DNA from: Mycoplasmatales bacterium
GTDB taxonomy: Bacteria > Bacillota_I > Bacilli_A > Mycoplasmatales > G965222545
Reading direction: 5' to 3'
DNA: 64,000 nt
NCBI GenBank assembly: GCA_965222545.1
Contig: OZ244954.1
Span: forward strand, 559,945-623,944
Shown: one piece after another, positions 1-12,399 of the stretch
Layout: each line of letters begins with the position of its first letter
Numbering within the stretch: the stretch's first letter is position 1
The notes under the pieces: model-generated
Databases searched by the model: none
What the model was told of the DNA's origin: nothing
Seen by the model: only the letters and a program-made list of their open reading frames with translations
Made by a program: the position numbers and the translations under genes

Positions 1-107
1 GTTTTATAATTATTATTCTCAATAATTATAATGGGTGTAATTAATATAATACCAATAATTAAAATACTAATTGTTTTTATTGGGCTTTGTTATTTTATAT
101 TTTTGAT
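1..107 (-). CDS. 5' end of a further member of the beta-propeller-like membrane protein family (gene body lies left of the window); canonical start altered
   Basis: Reverse complement aligns with the first ~35 codons of the downstream copies (..ILITPIIIIENNNYK). The ATG position reads ATC (107) and codon 6 is TAA. An in-frame ATA at 80 could be an alternative start. Confidence 0.35.
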
Positions 108-132
108 AAAACTATTATAATATAAAAATAGT

Positions 133-1821
133 TTATTTACTTTTTGCCGTTTTTATTTTAAGAAGACGTTTTTTCTTTTTAGAGAAATATAGATAACTAC
201 CTACTATAATTCCAATTACTAAAACACCACCAATTAATCCACCAATAATAGCTCCTGTATTATTATTATTATTATGAGAAGGACTATTATAGGGTGTAAG
301 TTCAGTCATAGGAATGTAAATATTCATCATAGCAGGTGTAAGTGTTGTTCCTAAAGTTTCTTTAAAAAGAACTGATTTTCCATCACTTCCAAGTTTAATT
401 CCACCAATTAAAAGAGTACCATTTTTATCTTGAGAAATAGAATAAACACTAGCACCGTCAACTGAACTATATCCATTTCTATCAACAACTACTCAATCAT
501 CACCTTTCCCATCTTTTGAATAAAATAAAGATTTTTGTCCATAACTTGTTAAAAAGGTTCCTCCGATTCAAAGACTTCCATCACTTGCTTGAAATAATGT
601 ATTAAGTTGTTGTTTATTATTCTTATCACTTTTAACTCCAAATTTACTAGTGTCAACTTTTTTTCAAATATGACCAGGACCACCTTTTAGGCAATAAATA
701 TTTTGTGAATAATCATGAAATATAGGAAAAGGTGGTGCAGTATTAGATACTAAAGCTCAAATAGTTTTATCGTTTGTTTGATAAATCAAATTAACTGCAG
801 TATCATATTTAGCAAAAATATCTGATTGTTCATCAGTTCAATCTGTTATTGTATCCCAGCTTTTGCCTTTTTGTAAATAACATAAAGATTGTACGGAATT
901 ATTTGACATTGTAAATCCCCCGATTCAAATAGTACCATCAGTAGTTTGTTTAATCGTATTTATTGATGGACCATTAAAAACCTGGCTATTATATATTGAT
1001 GTTGTACTTTTTGTACTAAATTTTGTTACTTCTACAAATTTACTAGTATTATCTACTTTCCCGTTTTCTGTTCGATATAATGATGATGATTCCGTATAAC
1101 TTCTACAAAATCATCCGCCAAATCACATTGCATTATCTTGTGTTTGATAAATTGTTTTAATAATAGGAACAGGGTCACCATTATTATTTCCTTGGATAGG
1201 TTTTGATGTAATTCCTATTCATGATCCTTTTGCATTTAAATAAAATAAAGATTGATCATTTTCTTTACCAAGATTAACGCCACCAATAAATAATATACCT
1301 TCATTACTTTCAAAAATAGAATAAATAGTTGCTCTAAATCCCACTTTGGCATTACCACTATTACCAGCGCCAAAAAGTGTTGGTTCAACAGGTGCTCAAT
1401 CATCACCTTTTCCGTCATTTGAACAATATAATGAAGAAGGTAAAGTTGCTGGTACATTATTTTTATAATTTAATTTAGGATCTGAAGAATTTATATTGTC
1501 TTTTATATTATCTAATGGTACAGATATTCAAAGTTTTTTATCGCGACTTTCATATGTCGTTAAAATATTATCACTACCAGAACTTTGTAACTTATTATCT
1601 GGATCTGCATTAGATCAGCTATTTTCTAAATCTTTATTTCTTCATTTATTAAAATTATTTTTTATTTTAGAAGAAACATTACCTTTTGTTTGCTTATAAT
1701 TTGTATTTAATGTGTTTGTTTTATAATTATTATTCTCAATAATTATAATGGGTGTAATTAATATAGTAGTAGTTATTAAAATACTAATTAGCGTTATTCT
1801 TTTTTGTTTTATATTTTTCAT
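133..1821 (-). CDS. membrane-anchored beta-propeller-like repeat protein, array copy 1 (562 aa)
   Basis: ATG at 1821 and TAA at 133, 1689 nt in frame with TGA=Trp. N-terminal hydrophobic anchor MKNIKQKRITLISILITTTILITPIII. About six spaced repeats of type DG(T/S)xW(I/F)GG (NEGILFIGG, DNAMWFGGW, TDGTIWIGG, SDGSLWIGG, KNGTLLIGG). C-terminal TM AIIGGLIGGVLVIGIIVGSYLYF plus KKKKRLLKIK tail. Confidence 0.85.
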
Positions 1822-1872
1822 ATAATTATTATAATAAAAAATAAATATATTTTAATGTTTATAAGAAATAGT

Positions 1873-3558
1873 TTATTTACTTTTTGCCGTTTTTATTTTA
1901 AGAAGACGTTTTTTCTTTTTAGAGAAATATAGATAACTACCTACTATAATTCCAATTACTAAAACACCACCAATTAATCCACCAATAATAGCTCCTGTAT
2001 TATTATTATTATGAGAAGGACTATTATAGGGTGTAAGTTCAGTCATAGGAATGTAAATATTCATCATAGCAGGTGTAAGTGTTGTTCCTAAAGTTTCTTT
2101 AAAAAGAACTGATTTTCCATCACTTCCAAGTTTAATTCTACCAATTAAAAGAGTACCATTTTTATCTTGAGAAATAGAATAAACACTAGCACCGTCAACT
2201 GAACTATATCCATTTCTATCAACAACTACTCAATCATCACCTTTCCCATCTTTTGAATAAAATAAAGATTTTTGTCCATAACTTGTTAAAAAGGTTCCTC
2301 CGATTCAAAGACTTCCATCACTTGCTTGAAATAATGTATTAAGTTGTTGTTTATTATTCTTATCACTTTTAACTCCAAATTTACTAGTGTCAACTTTTTT
2401 TCAAATATGACCAGGACCACCTTTTAGGCAATAAATATTTTGTGAATAATCATGAAATATAGGAAAAGGTGGTGCAGTATTAGATACTAAAGCTCAAATA
2501 GTTTTATCGTTTGTTTGATAAATCAAATTAACTGCAGTATCATATTTAGCAAAAATATCTGATTGTTCATCAGTTCAATCTGTTATTGTATCCCAGCTTT
2601 TGCCTTTTTGTAAATAACATAAAGATTGTACGGAATTATTTGACATTGTAAATCCCCCGATTCAAATAGTACCATCAGTAGTTTGTTTAATCGTATTTAT
2701 TGATGGACCATTAAAAACCTGGCTATTATATATTGATGTTGTACTTTTTGTACTAAATTTTGTTACTTCTACAAATTTACTAGTATTATCTACTTTCCCG
2801 TTTTCTGTTCGATATAATGATGATGATTCCGTATAACTTCTACAAAATCATCCGCCAAATCACATTGCATTATCTTGTGTTTGATAAATTGTTTTAATAA
2901 TAGGAACAGGGTCACCATTATTATTTCCTTGGATAGGTTTTGATGTAATTCCTATTCATGATCCTTTTGCATTTAAATAAAATAAAGATTGATCATTTTC
3001 TTTACCAAGATTAACGCCACCAATAAATAATATACCTTCATTACTTTCAAAAATAGAATAAATAGTTGCTCTAAATCCCACTTTGGCATTACCACTATTA
3101 CCAGCGCCAAAAAGTGTTGGTTCAACAGGTGCTCAATCATCACCTTTTCCGTCATTTGAACAATATAATGAAGAAGGTAAAGTTGCTGGTACATTATTTT
3201 TATAATTTAATTTAGGATCTGAAGAATTTATATTGTCTTTTATATTATCTAATGGTACAGATATTCAAAGTTTTTTATCGCGACTTTCATATGTCGTTAA
3301 AATATTATCACTACCAGAACTTTGTAACTTATTATCTGGATCTGCATTAGATCAGCTATTTTCTAAATCTTTATTTCTTCATTTATTAAAATTATTTTTT
3401 ATTTTAGAAGAAACATTACCTTTTGTTTGCTTATAATTTGTATTTAATGTGTTTGTTTTATAATTATTATTCTCAATAATTATAATGGGTGTAATTAATA
3501 TAGTAGTAGTTATTAAAATACTAATTAGCGTTATTCTTTTTTGTTTTATATTTTTCAT
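1873..3558 (-). CDS. membrane-anchored beta-propeller-like repeat protein, array copy 2 (561 aa)
   Basis: Near-identical to copy 1 at 1740 bp offset, 1686 nt in frame. Differs by one fewer AAT (Asn) codon and a few substitutions. Confidence 0.85.
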
Positions 3559-3609
3559 ATAATTATTATAATAAAAAATAAATATATTTTAATGTTTATA
3601 AGAAATAGT

Positions 3610-5277
3610 TTATTTACTTTTTGTCGTTTTGATTTTAAGAAGACGTTTTTTCTTTTTAGAGAAATATAGATAACTACCTACTATAATTCCAATTACTAAA
3701 ACACCACCAATTAATCCACCAATAATAGCTCCTGTATTATTATTATGAGAAGGACTATTATAGGGTGTAAGATCGGTTATAGGAATGTAAATATTCATCA
3801 TAGCAGGTGTAAGTGTTGTTTCTAAAGTTTCTTTAAAAAGAACTGATTTTCCATCACTTCCAAGTTTAACTCCACCAACTAAAAGAGTACCATCTTTTTC
3901 TTGAGAAATAGAATAAACACTAGCACCATCAACTGAACTATATCCTTTTGAATCAACAACTGCTCAATCATCACCTTTCCCATCTTTTGAATAAAATAAA
4001 GATTTTTGTCCAGTTTTACCCATTGAAAAAGTTCCACCAATTCAAAGACTTCCATCATTTGCTTGAAATAATGTATTAAATTGTTGTTCACTTTTATCTC
4101 CAAATTTACTAGTGTCAACTTTTTTTCAAGTATGACCAGTACCACCATCTAGACAATAAATGCTCTGTGAATAATCATGTAATAATGGACTATTTGGTGG
4201 TGTATTAGATACTAAAGCTCAAATAGTTTTATCGTTCGTTTGATAAATTAAATCAACAGCAGTACTATCATTTTTACCAAAAATATCTGATTGTTCATCA
4301 ACTCAATCTGTAGTTGTGTTTCAGTTTTTACCTTTTTGTAAATAACATAAAGATTGTACAGGACTACTTGGTATTGCATATCCTCCAATTCAAATAGTGC
4401 CATCAGTAGTTTGTTTAATCGTATTTACTGATGGGCCTTTAGAATATTGACTATTATATATTGATGTTGTACTTTTTGTACTAAATTTCGTTACTTCTGC
4501 AATAATAATACCACTAACTTTCCCATTTTCTTTTCGATATAATGATGCTGATGCTCCAATAAGATTATTTTTAGGAAATCATCCTCCAAATCACATTACA
4601 TTATCTTGTGTTTGATAAATTATTTTAGTAATAGGAGCAGGATGACCATTACCTATTCCTTGAAAAGGTTCTGATGTAAGTCCTATTCATGATCCATTTC
4701 CTTCTAAATAAAATAAAGATTGATCATTATTTTTACCAAGATTTACACCACCAACAAATAATGTACCTTCATTACTTTCAAAAATTGAATAAATAGTTGC
4801 TCGATATCCCTTTTCCTCTTTACCACTATTACCAGCGCCAAAAAGTGTTGGTTCAACAGGTGCTCAATCATCACCTTTTCCATCGTTTGAACAATATAAT
4901 GAAGAAGGTAAAGTTGCTGGTACATTATTTTTATAATTTAATTTAGAATTAGAAGGATTTATATTATCTAATGGCACAGATATTCAAAGTTTTTTATCGT
5001 GAGTTTCATATGTTGTTAAAATATTATCACTACCAGAACTTTGTAACTTATTATCTGGATCTGCATTAGATCAGCTATTTTCTAAATCTTTATTTCTTCA
5101 TTTATTAAAATTATTTTTTATTTTAGAAGAAACATTACCTTTTGTTTGCTTATAATTTGTATTTAATGTGTTTGTTTTATAATTATTATTCTCAATAATT
5201 ATAATGGGTGTAATTAATATAGTAGTAGTTATTAAAATACTAATTAGCGTTATTCTTTTTTGTTTTATATTTTTCAT
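3610..5277 (-). CDS. membrane-anchored beta-propeller-like repeat protein, array copy 3 (555 aa)
   Basis: Same architecture, 1668 nt in frame with TGA=Trp. Closest to copy 4. Confidence 0.85.
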
Positions 5278-5301
5278 ATAATTATTATAATTAAAAATAG
5301 T

Positions 5302-6954
5302 TTATTTATTTTTTGTCATTTTGATTTTAAGAAGACGTTTTTTCTTTTTAGAGAAATATAGATAACTACCTACTATAATTCCAATTAATACAATATCACC
5401 TATTATTCCACCAATAATAGCTCCTGTATTATTATTATTATGAGAAGGACTATTATAGGGTGTAAGATCGGTTATAGGAATGTAAATATTCATCATAGCA
5501 GGTGTAAGTGTTGTTTCTAAAGTTTCTTTAAAAAGAACTGATTTTCCATCACTTCCAAGTTTAACTCCACCAACTAAAAGAGTACCATCTTTTTCTTGAG
5601 AAATAGAATAAACACTAGCACCATCAACTGAACTATATCCTTTTGAATCAACAACTGCTCAATCATCACCTTTCCCATCTTTTGAATAAAATAAAGATTT
5701 TTGTCCAGTTTTACCCATTGAAAAAGTTCCACCAATTCAAAGACTTCCATCATTTGCTTGAAATAATGTATTAAATTGTTGTTCACTTTTATCTCCAAAT
5801 TTACTAGTGTCAACTTTTTTTCAAGTATGACCAGTACCACCATCTAGACAATAAATGCTCTGTGAATAATCATGTAATAATGGACTATTTGGTGGTGTAT
5901 TAGATACTAAAGCTCAAATAGTTTTATCGTTCGTTTGATAAATTAAATCAACAGCAGTACTATCATTTTTACCAAAAATATCTGATTGTTCATCAACTCA
6001 ATCTGTAGTTGTGTTTCAGTTTTTACCTTTTTGTAAATAACATAAAGATTGTACAGGACTACTTGGTATTGCATATCCTCCAATTCAAATAGTGCCATCA
6101 GTAGTTTGTTTAATCGTATTTACTGATGGGCCTTTAGAATATTGACTATTATATATTGATGTTGTACTTTTTGTACTAAATTTTGTTACTTCTACAAATT
6201 TATTTGTAGTATTTACTTTCCCATTTTCTGTTCGATATAATGATGCCGATGCTCCAATAAGATTATTTTTAGGAAATCATCCTCCAAATCACATTGCATT
6301 ATCTTGTGTTTGATAAATTGTTTTCACAATAGGAGCGGGATCACCATTACCTATTCATTGAAAAGGTTCTCCTCCTGTAAGTCCTATTCATGATTCACCT
6401 GGATTTAAATAAAATAAAGATTGATCATTATTTACACCAAGATTTACACCACCAACAAATAATGTACCTTCATTGCTTTCAAAAATTGAATAAATAGTTG
6501 CTCGATATCCCTTTTTCTCTTTACCATTGCTACCAGCTCCAAAAAGTGCTGGTTCAACAGGTGCTCAATCATCACCTTTTCCATCGTTTGAACAATATAA
6601 TGAAGAAGGTAAAGTTGCTGATAAATTATTTTTATAATTTAATTTAGAATTAGAAGGATTTATATTATCTAATGGTACAGATATTCAAAGTTTTTTATCG
6701 TGAGTTTCATATGTTGTTAAAATATTATCACTACCAGAACTTTGTAACTTGTTATCTGGATCTGCATTAGATCAGGTATTTCATTTATTAAAATTATTTT
6801 TTATTTTAGAAGAAACATTACCTTTTGTTTGCTTATAATTTGTATTTAATGTGTTTGTTTTATAATTATTATTCTCAGTAATTATAATGGGTAATATAGT
6901 AATAGTTATTAAAATACTAATTAATGTTATTCTTTTTTGTTTTATATTTTCCAT
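5302..6954 (-). CDS. membrane-anchored beta-propeller-like repeat protein, array copy 4 (550 aa)
   Basis: Same architecture, 1653 nt in frame. The C-terminal half is almost identical to copy 3 (the 89-aa wrong-frame ORFs 3879-4148 and 5574-5843 are identical). Confidence 0.85.
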
Positions 6955-6998
6955 ATAATTATTCTATCACTTTTCACTTTATTTTAAAAGAAATATTA

Positions 6999-8762
6999 TT
7001 ATTTTTTTATCTTATTTTTAATTGAAGAATGTGCTTTAGTATGAGTCGTTACTTTAGTAAAAAAATGTTTTAATAAAGGAATTTGTTTTAGTTTATGAAC
7101 TACAAAAGCAATAACTTTTTCTCTTTTCCCTTTTCTTTTTTTCTTTAATAAATAAGTTATTCCTATAGCAATAAAACCTAATATAGATAATACAGTTACT
7201 ATAGAAATAATAATAATTAATGAATAACCATTAGCACCATTTAGTTTTATAAGATGTAATATGGGCAAAGCTGGTGTAAGAATACTCATGGCTGGTGTAA
7301 TAATATTTTTTACTATGTTTGCTTTATAAAGGACTATTTTACCAGCAGATCCAAGTTTAAATCCACCAACTCAAAGATAACCGTCATCACTTTGACGTAG
7401 AGAATAAACGCAAGCTCCATAAATTGAACTTGAACTATATCCGTTAGTATCAATAGGTTTTCAATCATCACCTTTTCCATCACCTGATCTAAATAAGGTT
7501 CTCTGTCCACCAGACTTTAATAAGAATGTTCCTCCGATTCACAAACTACCATCGCCTGTTTCAAATAATATATTAAATTGTTGTTTAACATTTCCCAAGC
7601 TTTTATTTCCAAGATCACTTGTATCTTCTAGTTGTCAGTAGTGACCAATTCCACCATTTAAGCGATAAAGTTTGTTAGAAGAATTATAAAATATAGGATT
7701 AATTGCTGGAGTAATAGATACTAATAGTAAAATTGATTTATCTTTTTTTTGATAAATAAAATTAACAGTGCTATTAATATGAGCAAAAATATTTGTTTCT
7801 TCATTAATTCAATTTGCTGCATCTTTTCAACTTTTGCCTTTTTCTAAATAACACAAAGATTCATTAAAATTAATTCCCATTGAGTGTCCACCAACTCAAA
7901 TAGTACCGTCAGCAGTTTGTTTAATTATTTTAATTGATGGACCATTAAAATATGTACTATGGTTAGGTTTTCTTCCGCTGAATTTTGTTACTTTTTCATA
8001 TTCAGTTTCATCATTTATTTTCCCATTATCTGCTCTATATAGTGATGAAGAACCATTATAATCACCATCGGGATATCATCCGCCAAATCACATTGCGTTG
8101 TCTTCTGTTTGAGAAATTGTTTTAACTACCGGCGAAGAACCCTCATCTTTTATTTGTTCAAAAGGATATTGCTTAACTGCTGTTCATTTTCCACCTGAGT
8201 TTAAATAAAATAAAGATTCATTGCCTTGTTCACCAAGATTTTTACCACCAACGAACAATACTCCTTCTTTACTTTCAAAAATTGAATAAATAGTTGCTCT
8301 AATATTTGTCGGCTCATTCCCGTCCTTGCCAGCACCAAAAAGTGTTGGTGCAATAGGAGTTCACTCATTACCTTTTCCATCATTTGAACAAAATAAGGAA
8401 GTAGGTAAAGCAGCAGATGTATTATTTTTATAACCTGGTTTAGGATTTGAAATAGTTCTAATATTTAAATTATCTAATGGTGCAGATACTCAAAGTTTTT
8501 TATCAGCAGTTTCATATGTTGTTAAAACATTATTAGGAGTAGACTTTCATAACTCGTTATTTGCGCCACCGTTAGATCAAGCATCTCCTAAATTATTTTT
8601 TCTTCATTTATTAAAATTGTCTTTTGTTTTAATAGAAACATTATTGCTTGTTCCCGGTGTATTTATTTTATAATTATTTTTCTGAACAATTATAACTGGA
8701 CTAATTAATATAACAATTCCGATCAAAATATTAAATATTTTTAGAATTTTACTTATTTTCAT
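6999..8762 (-). CDS. membrane-anchored beta-propeller-like repeat protein, divergent array copy 5 (587 aa)
   Basis: 1764 nt in frame with TGA=Trp. Hand translation shows the same signal anchor (MKISKILKIFNILIGIVILISPVII), WFGGW/WVGG/WIGG repeats and a C-terminal TM, but a longer basic tail. Confidence 0.8.
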
Positions 8763-8872
8763 AAATTTATTATAATATAATTTTAAATTATTATTATTAT
8801 TTAAATTTTATCAGTTTTTTATATTTTAATAAAAATTAAATTTAAATTTTATAATATTTAAAAAGAGAAAGA

Positions 8873-10669
8873 ATGAATAAATTATTAACAAAATTACCAA
8901 AAATTGGAATAAGACCAATTATTGATGCAAGAATGAATGGAGTAAGAGAAGAAAATGAAAAACCAACAATGGATTATGCAATTTTACTTAAAAAAATAAT
9001 TGAGAAGAATTTGCATCATCCGTCTGGAGAAAACGTTGAATGTGTTATTTCAGATACTACAATTGGAAGATATTCTGAAGTAGCAAAATGTCAAGAAAAA
9101 TTTTCTAAAAATAATGTTGGTGTTTCAATTAGTATTACGCCATGCTGATGTTATGGGATGGAAACAATTGATACAACTCCTGGAATACCTAAAGCAATTA
9201 TTGGGGTAAACGGTACTGAAAGACCTGGTGCAGTTTATTTAGCAGCTGCTGCTGCTTGTCATGAACAAATTGGTGAACCTGTTTTTACAATTTATGGAAA
9301 AGAAGTAAAAGATAAAGAAATGCTAGAATTTGATAAAGATGTATTAGAAAAAATACTTCGTTTTGCAAAAGCAGGATTAGCACAAGCTACAATGAAAAAT
9401 AATGCATACCTTGGTATTGGTGGAACATCAATGGGAATTGCGGGGTCTCAAGTTGTACCAGATTTCATAAATGATTATCTTGGAATGAGGTATGAAGTAG
9501 TTGATATGAGTGAAGTAGCAAGAAGAATTAAAAAAAATATTTTTGATGAAGTAGAATATGAAAAAGCATTATCATGAGCGAAGAAAAATTGTTTAGAAGG
9601 TGATGATTTAAATGCATCAAAAAATCAACAAACAAGAGAGCAAAAAGATAACTCTTGAAAAGACTCTATAAAAATGACTCTCATTATTAGAGATTTAATG
9701 ATTGGAAACCCCAACATAAGTAAAAAATGATATGAAGAATCATTAGGACATAATGCATTAGTTTCAGGTTTTCAAGGTCAAAGACAATGAACTGATTATA
9801 TGACAAACGCTGATTTTTCTGAAGCAATATTAAATTCTACATTTGATTGAAACGGAATAAGACAACCATTTATGGTAGCAACTGAAAATGATTGCATGAA
9901 TGGATTATCAATGTTACTTGGATATTTACTTACTGGAAAAGCACAACAATTTTCTGATGTTAGAACATTTTGAAGTAACGAAGCAATTAAAAGAGTAACT
10001 AAAGAAGATTCTACAGGTATAACTAAAAAGAACGGTGGAATGATTCATCTATGTAATTCAGGTTCTACATCATTAGATTATACTGGTGCACAAATGACAA
10101 AAGATGGCAAACCAACTGTAAAAGAGCACTGAAATGTTTCGCAAAAAAATGTTACTGAATGTTTAAAGGCAACAAAATGATGTGCTGGTCTTTTAGAATA
10201 TTTTAGAGGTGGTGGATGATCTAGTATGTTTATTACAAATGTTAACATGCCAGTTACTATGTCAAGATTAGCTTGAATAAAAGGTCAAGGACCTGTTTTA
10301 CAAATAGCTGAAGGTTGAACTGTTAAAGTGTCAGATAAAATTAATGAAATTTTAACAAAAAGAACAAACCCAACTTGACCAACATCTTGATTTGTTCCAA
10401 AAATTTTAAATAAAAATGGTTTTAAAACTGTTTATGATGTGATGAATAATTGAAGTGCAAACCACGGGGCTATTTCTCACGGACACATTGGTGCAGATCT
10501 TATAACATTAGCGTCAATGCTAAGAATTCCTGTTTCATTTCATAATGTTTCAGATGATAAAGTGTTTCGTCCTAAAGTATGAGGGTCATTTGGAACTGAT
10601 AATTTAGAATCTGCAGATTACAGAGCATGTAATAACTATGGTCCATTATTTGGAAAATGCAAAAAATAA
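8873..10669 (+). CDS. fucI: L-fucose isomerase (598 aa)
   Basis: Codon-by-codon read is continuous with TGA=Trp. Strong similarity to E. coli FucI motifs ([73 protein letters not shown]). Confidence 0.9.
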
Positions 10670-12291
10670 TGAAATATTATTTGGGAGTTGATGTTGGTAC
10701 TGGAAGTGCAAGAGTTGGCTTATTTGATGAAAATGGTTTATTAGTTTCTGTTGCTAAATCAGAAATTAAAACACAAACTTACGCTGGACTATATCACGAA
10801 CAATCATCACAAAACATTTGATCATCTATATGTATAGCAAGCAAAAAAATATTAAAAGAAAGTAAAATACCTATTGATAAAATTGTTAGTATTGGTTTTG
10901 ACGCAACATGTTCACTTGTTGCTTTAGATGAGAATTTCAAACCATTATCTGTTGGAAAACACAATGTAGATGAGTGAAATGTTATTTTGTGAATGGATCA
11001 TAGAGCAAATAAAGAAACACATCAAATTAATTTAAAAAAATATGAATCACTTAAATACTTAGGTGGACGAGTGTCAATTGAGATGCAACTTCCAAAACTT
11101 TTATGATTAAAAAATAATAAACAACAACTTTTTAATAAATTTCGGTATTTTTTTGATTTGCCTGATTTTTTAGTTTTTAAAGCAACCGGAAAAATAGTAA
11201 GGTCAAAATGTTCTCTTGGTTGTAAATGAAATTATATGCCGTTTGAAAAAAAATGAGATGAAAAACTATTATCAGATATTGGTTTAAAAAAGCTACTTGA
11301 TGATAAAAATAAAATTTCTAGTAATAAAATTGAGGCACCAACTAGATTAGCTGGTTCATTATCTAAAAAAGCAGCTGATGAATTAGGACTAAAAGAAGGA
11401 ACTGATGTTGCTGTATCAATGATTGATGCACATGCTGGTGCTCTTTCTATGCTTGGAACAGAATTAGAAAACTTTGATAAAATTGATAGTAGAGTAGCGT
11501 TAATTGCTGGTACTTCAAATTGCTTGATGACTTTAAGTAAAGATAAAAAATTTATTAATGGCTTATGAGGTCCATATTATGAAGTAATATTGCCTGGTTT
11601 TTGAACACAGGAATGTGGGCAATCTGCGTTTGGTTCATTAATAGACTATATTCTAAAATATTCAATTAGTATTAAGACCCATCTTCAAAAATACAGTATT
11701 GAATCTGTCTTTGACTATCTTGAAAAAAAGATTATGTCAATGCCTGACTGAGAAGAACTAACAAGTAATTATCATGTATTGCCATATTATTTAGGAAACA
11801 GATCTCCTTATTCAGACCCTACTTTAAAAGGGGTTGTATCAGGATTACAATTAAATACAAATTATGAATATGAAATAATTCAATATATAGCGACCATACA
11901 AGGTCTTTGTTATGAAGCGAGAGATATTATTGAAACACTAAATAATGGTGGATATAATATAAAAGAGATTGTGTTAACAGGTGGTTTTGTTCATAATAAA
12001 GTTTTCATTTATACATTAGCAAATGTTACTAATCTAAAAATAATTATACCTGAAGAAAAAGAAGCCGTTTTACTAGGTTCTGCATTAAATGCATACCTTG
12101 CTCATAATAATTCTGAAAAAGATTATATAAAAATTACTAAAAAGTTTGTTCGTGCTGATAAGCATAAAATTTATCCACATCCTAAGTTTAAAAAATATCA
12201 TGATAAAAAATATCAAATTTATAAAGAAATGCATAAGGATTATTTGAAATATAAAAAAATTATGAATCCCGAAACTTTAAAAAAATCTTAG
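10669..12291 (+). CDS. FGGY-family carbohydrate (pentulose/fuculose-type) kinase (540 aa)
   Basis: Start overlaps the fucI stop (TAATG). N-terminus is [20 protein letters not shown], plus DATCSLV and LTGGF motifs. 1623 nt in frame with TGA=Trp. Confidence 0.8.
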
Positions 12292-12399
12292 TCAATAAAA
12301 TCAAAAATTCAATTAATGAATGATTAATTTCTAAAATACTTTAATTTAAATTATAAATAATTGTTTTGCTGATCTAAAATAAAAAAAGATTCATTAATT

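Larger units (their letters stand above)
133..8762. repeat. head-to-tail tandem gene array, unit ~1.69-1.74 kb, five complete units
   Basis: Stop codons at 133, 1873, 3610, 5302 and 6999. Identical ORF-track peptides recur at 1740/1737 bp offsets. Confidence 0.95.

Noticed and set aside
1236-8383. ORF-track ORFs inside the array (e.g. 1236-1457, 1496-1699, 2973-3194, 3233-3436, 3879-4148, 4743-4925, 5574-5843, 8201-8383)
   Set aside because: They are wrong-frame or antisense ORFs that look long only because the true frame contains many TGA (Trp) codons. The true frame runs uninterrupted by TAA or TAG from the ATG to the C-terminal TM ORF in every copy.
133-8762. Possibility that the regular repeats are a CRISPR array or an IS cluster
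   Set aside because: The repeat unit is ~1.7 kb and is a complete protein-coding gene. It has no short repeat-spacer periodicity, no terminal inverted repeats and no transposase motifs.
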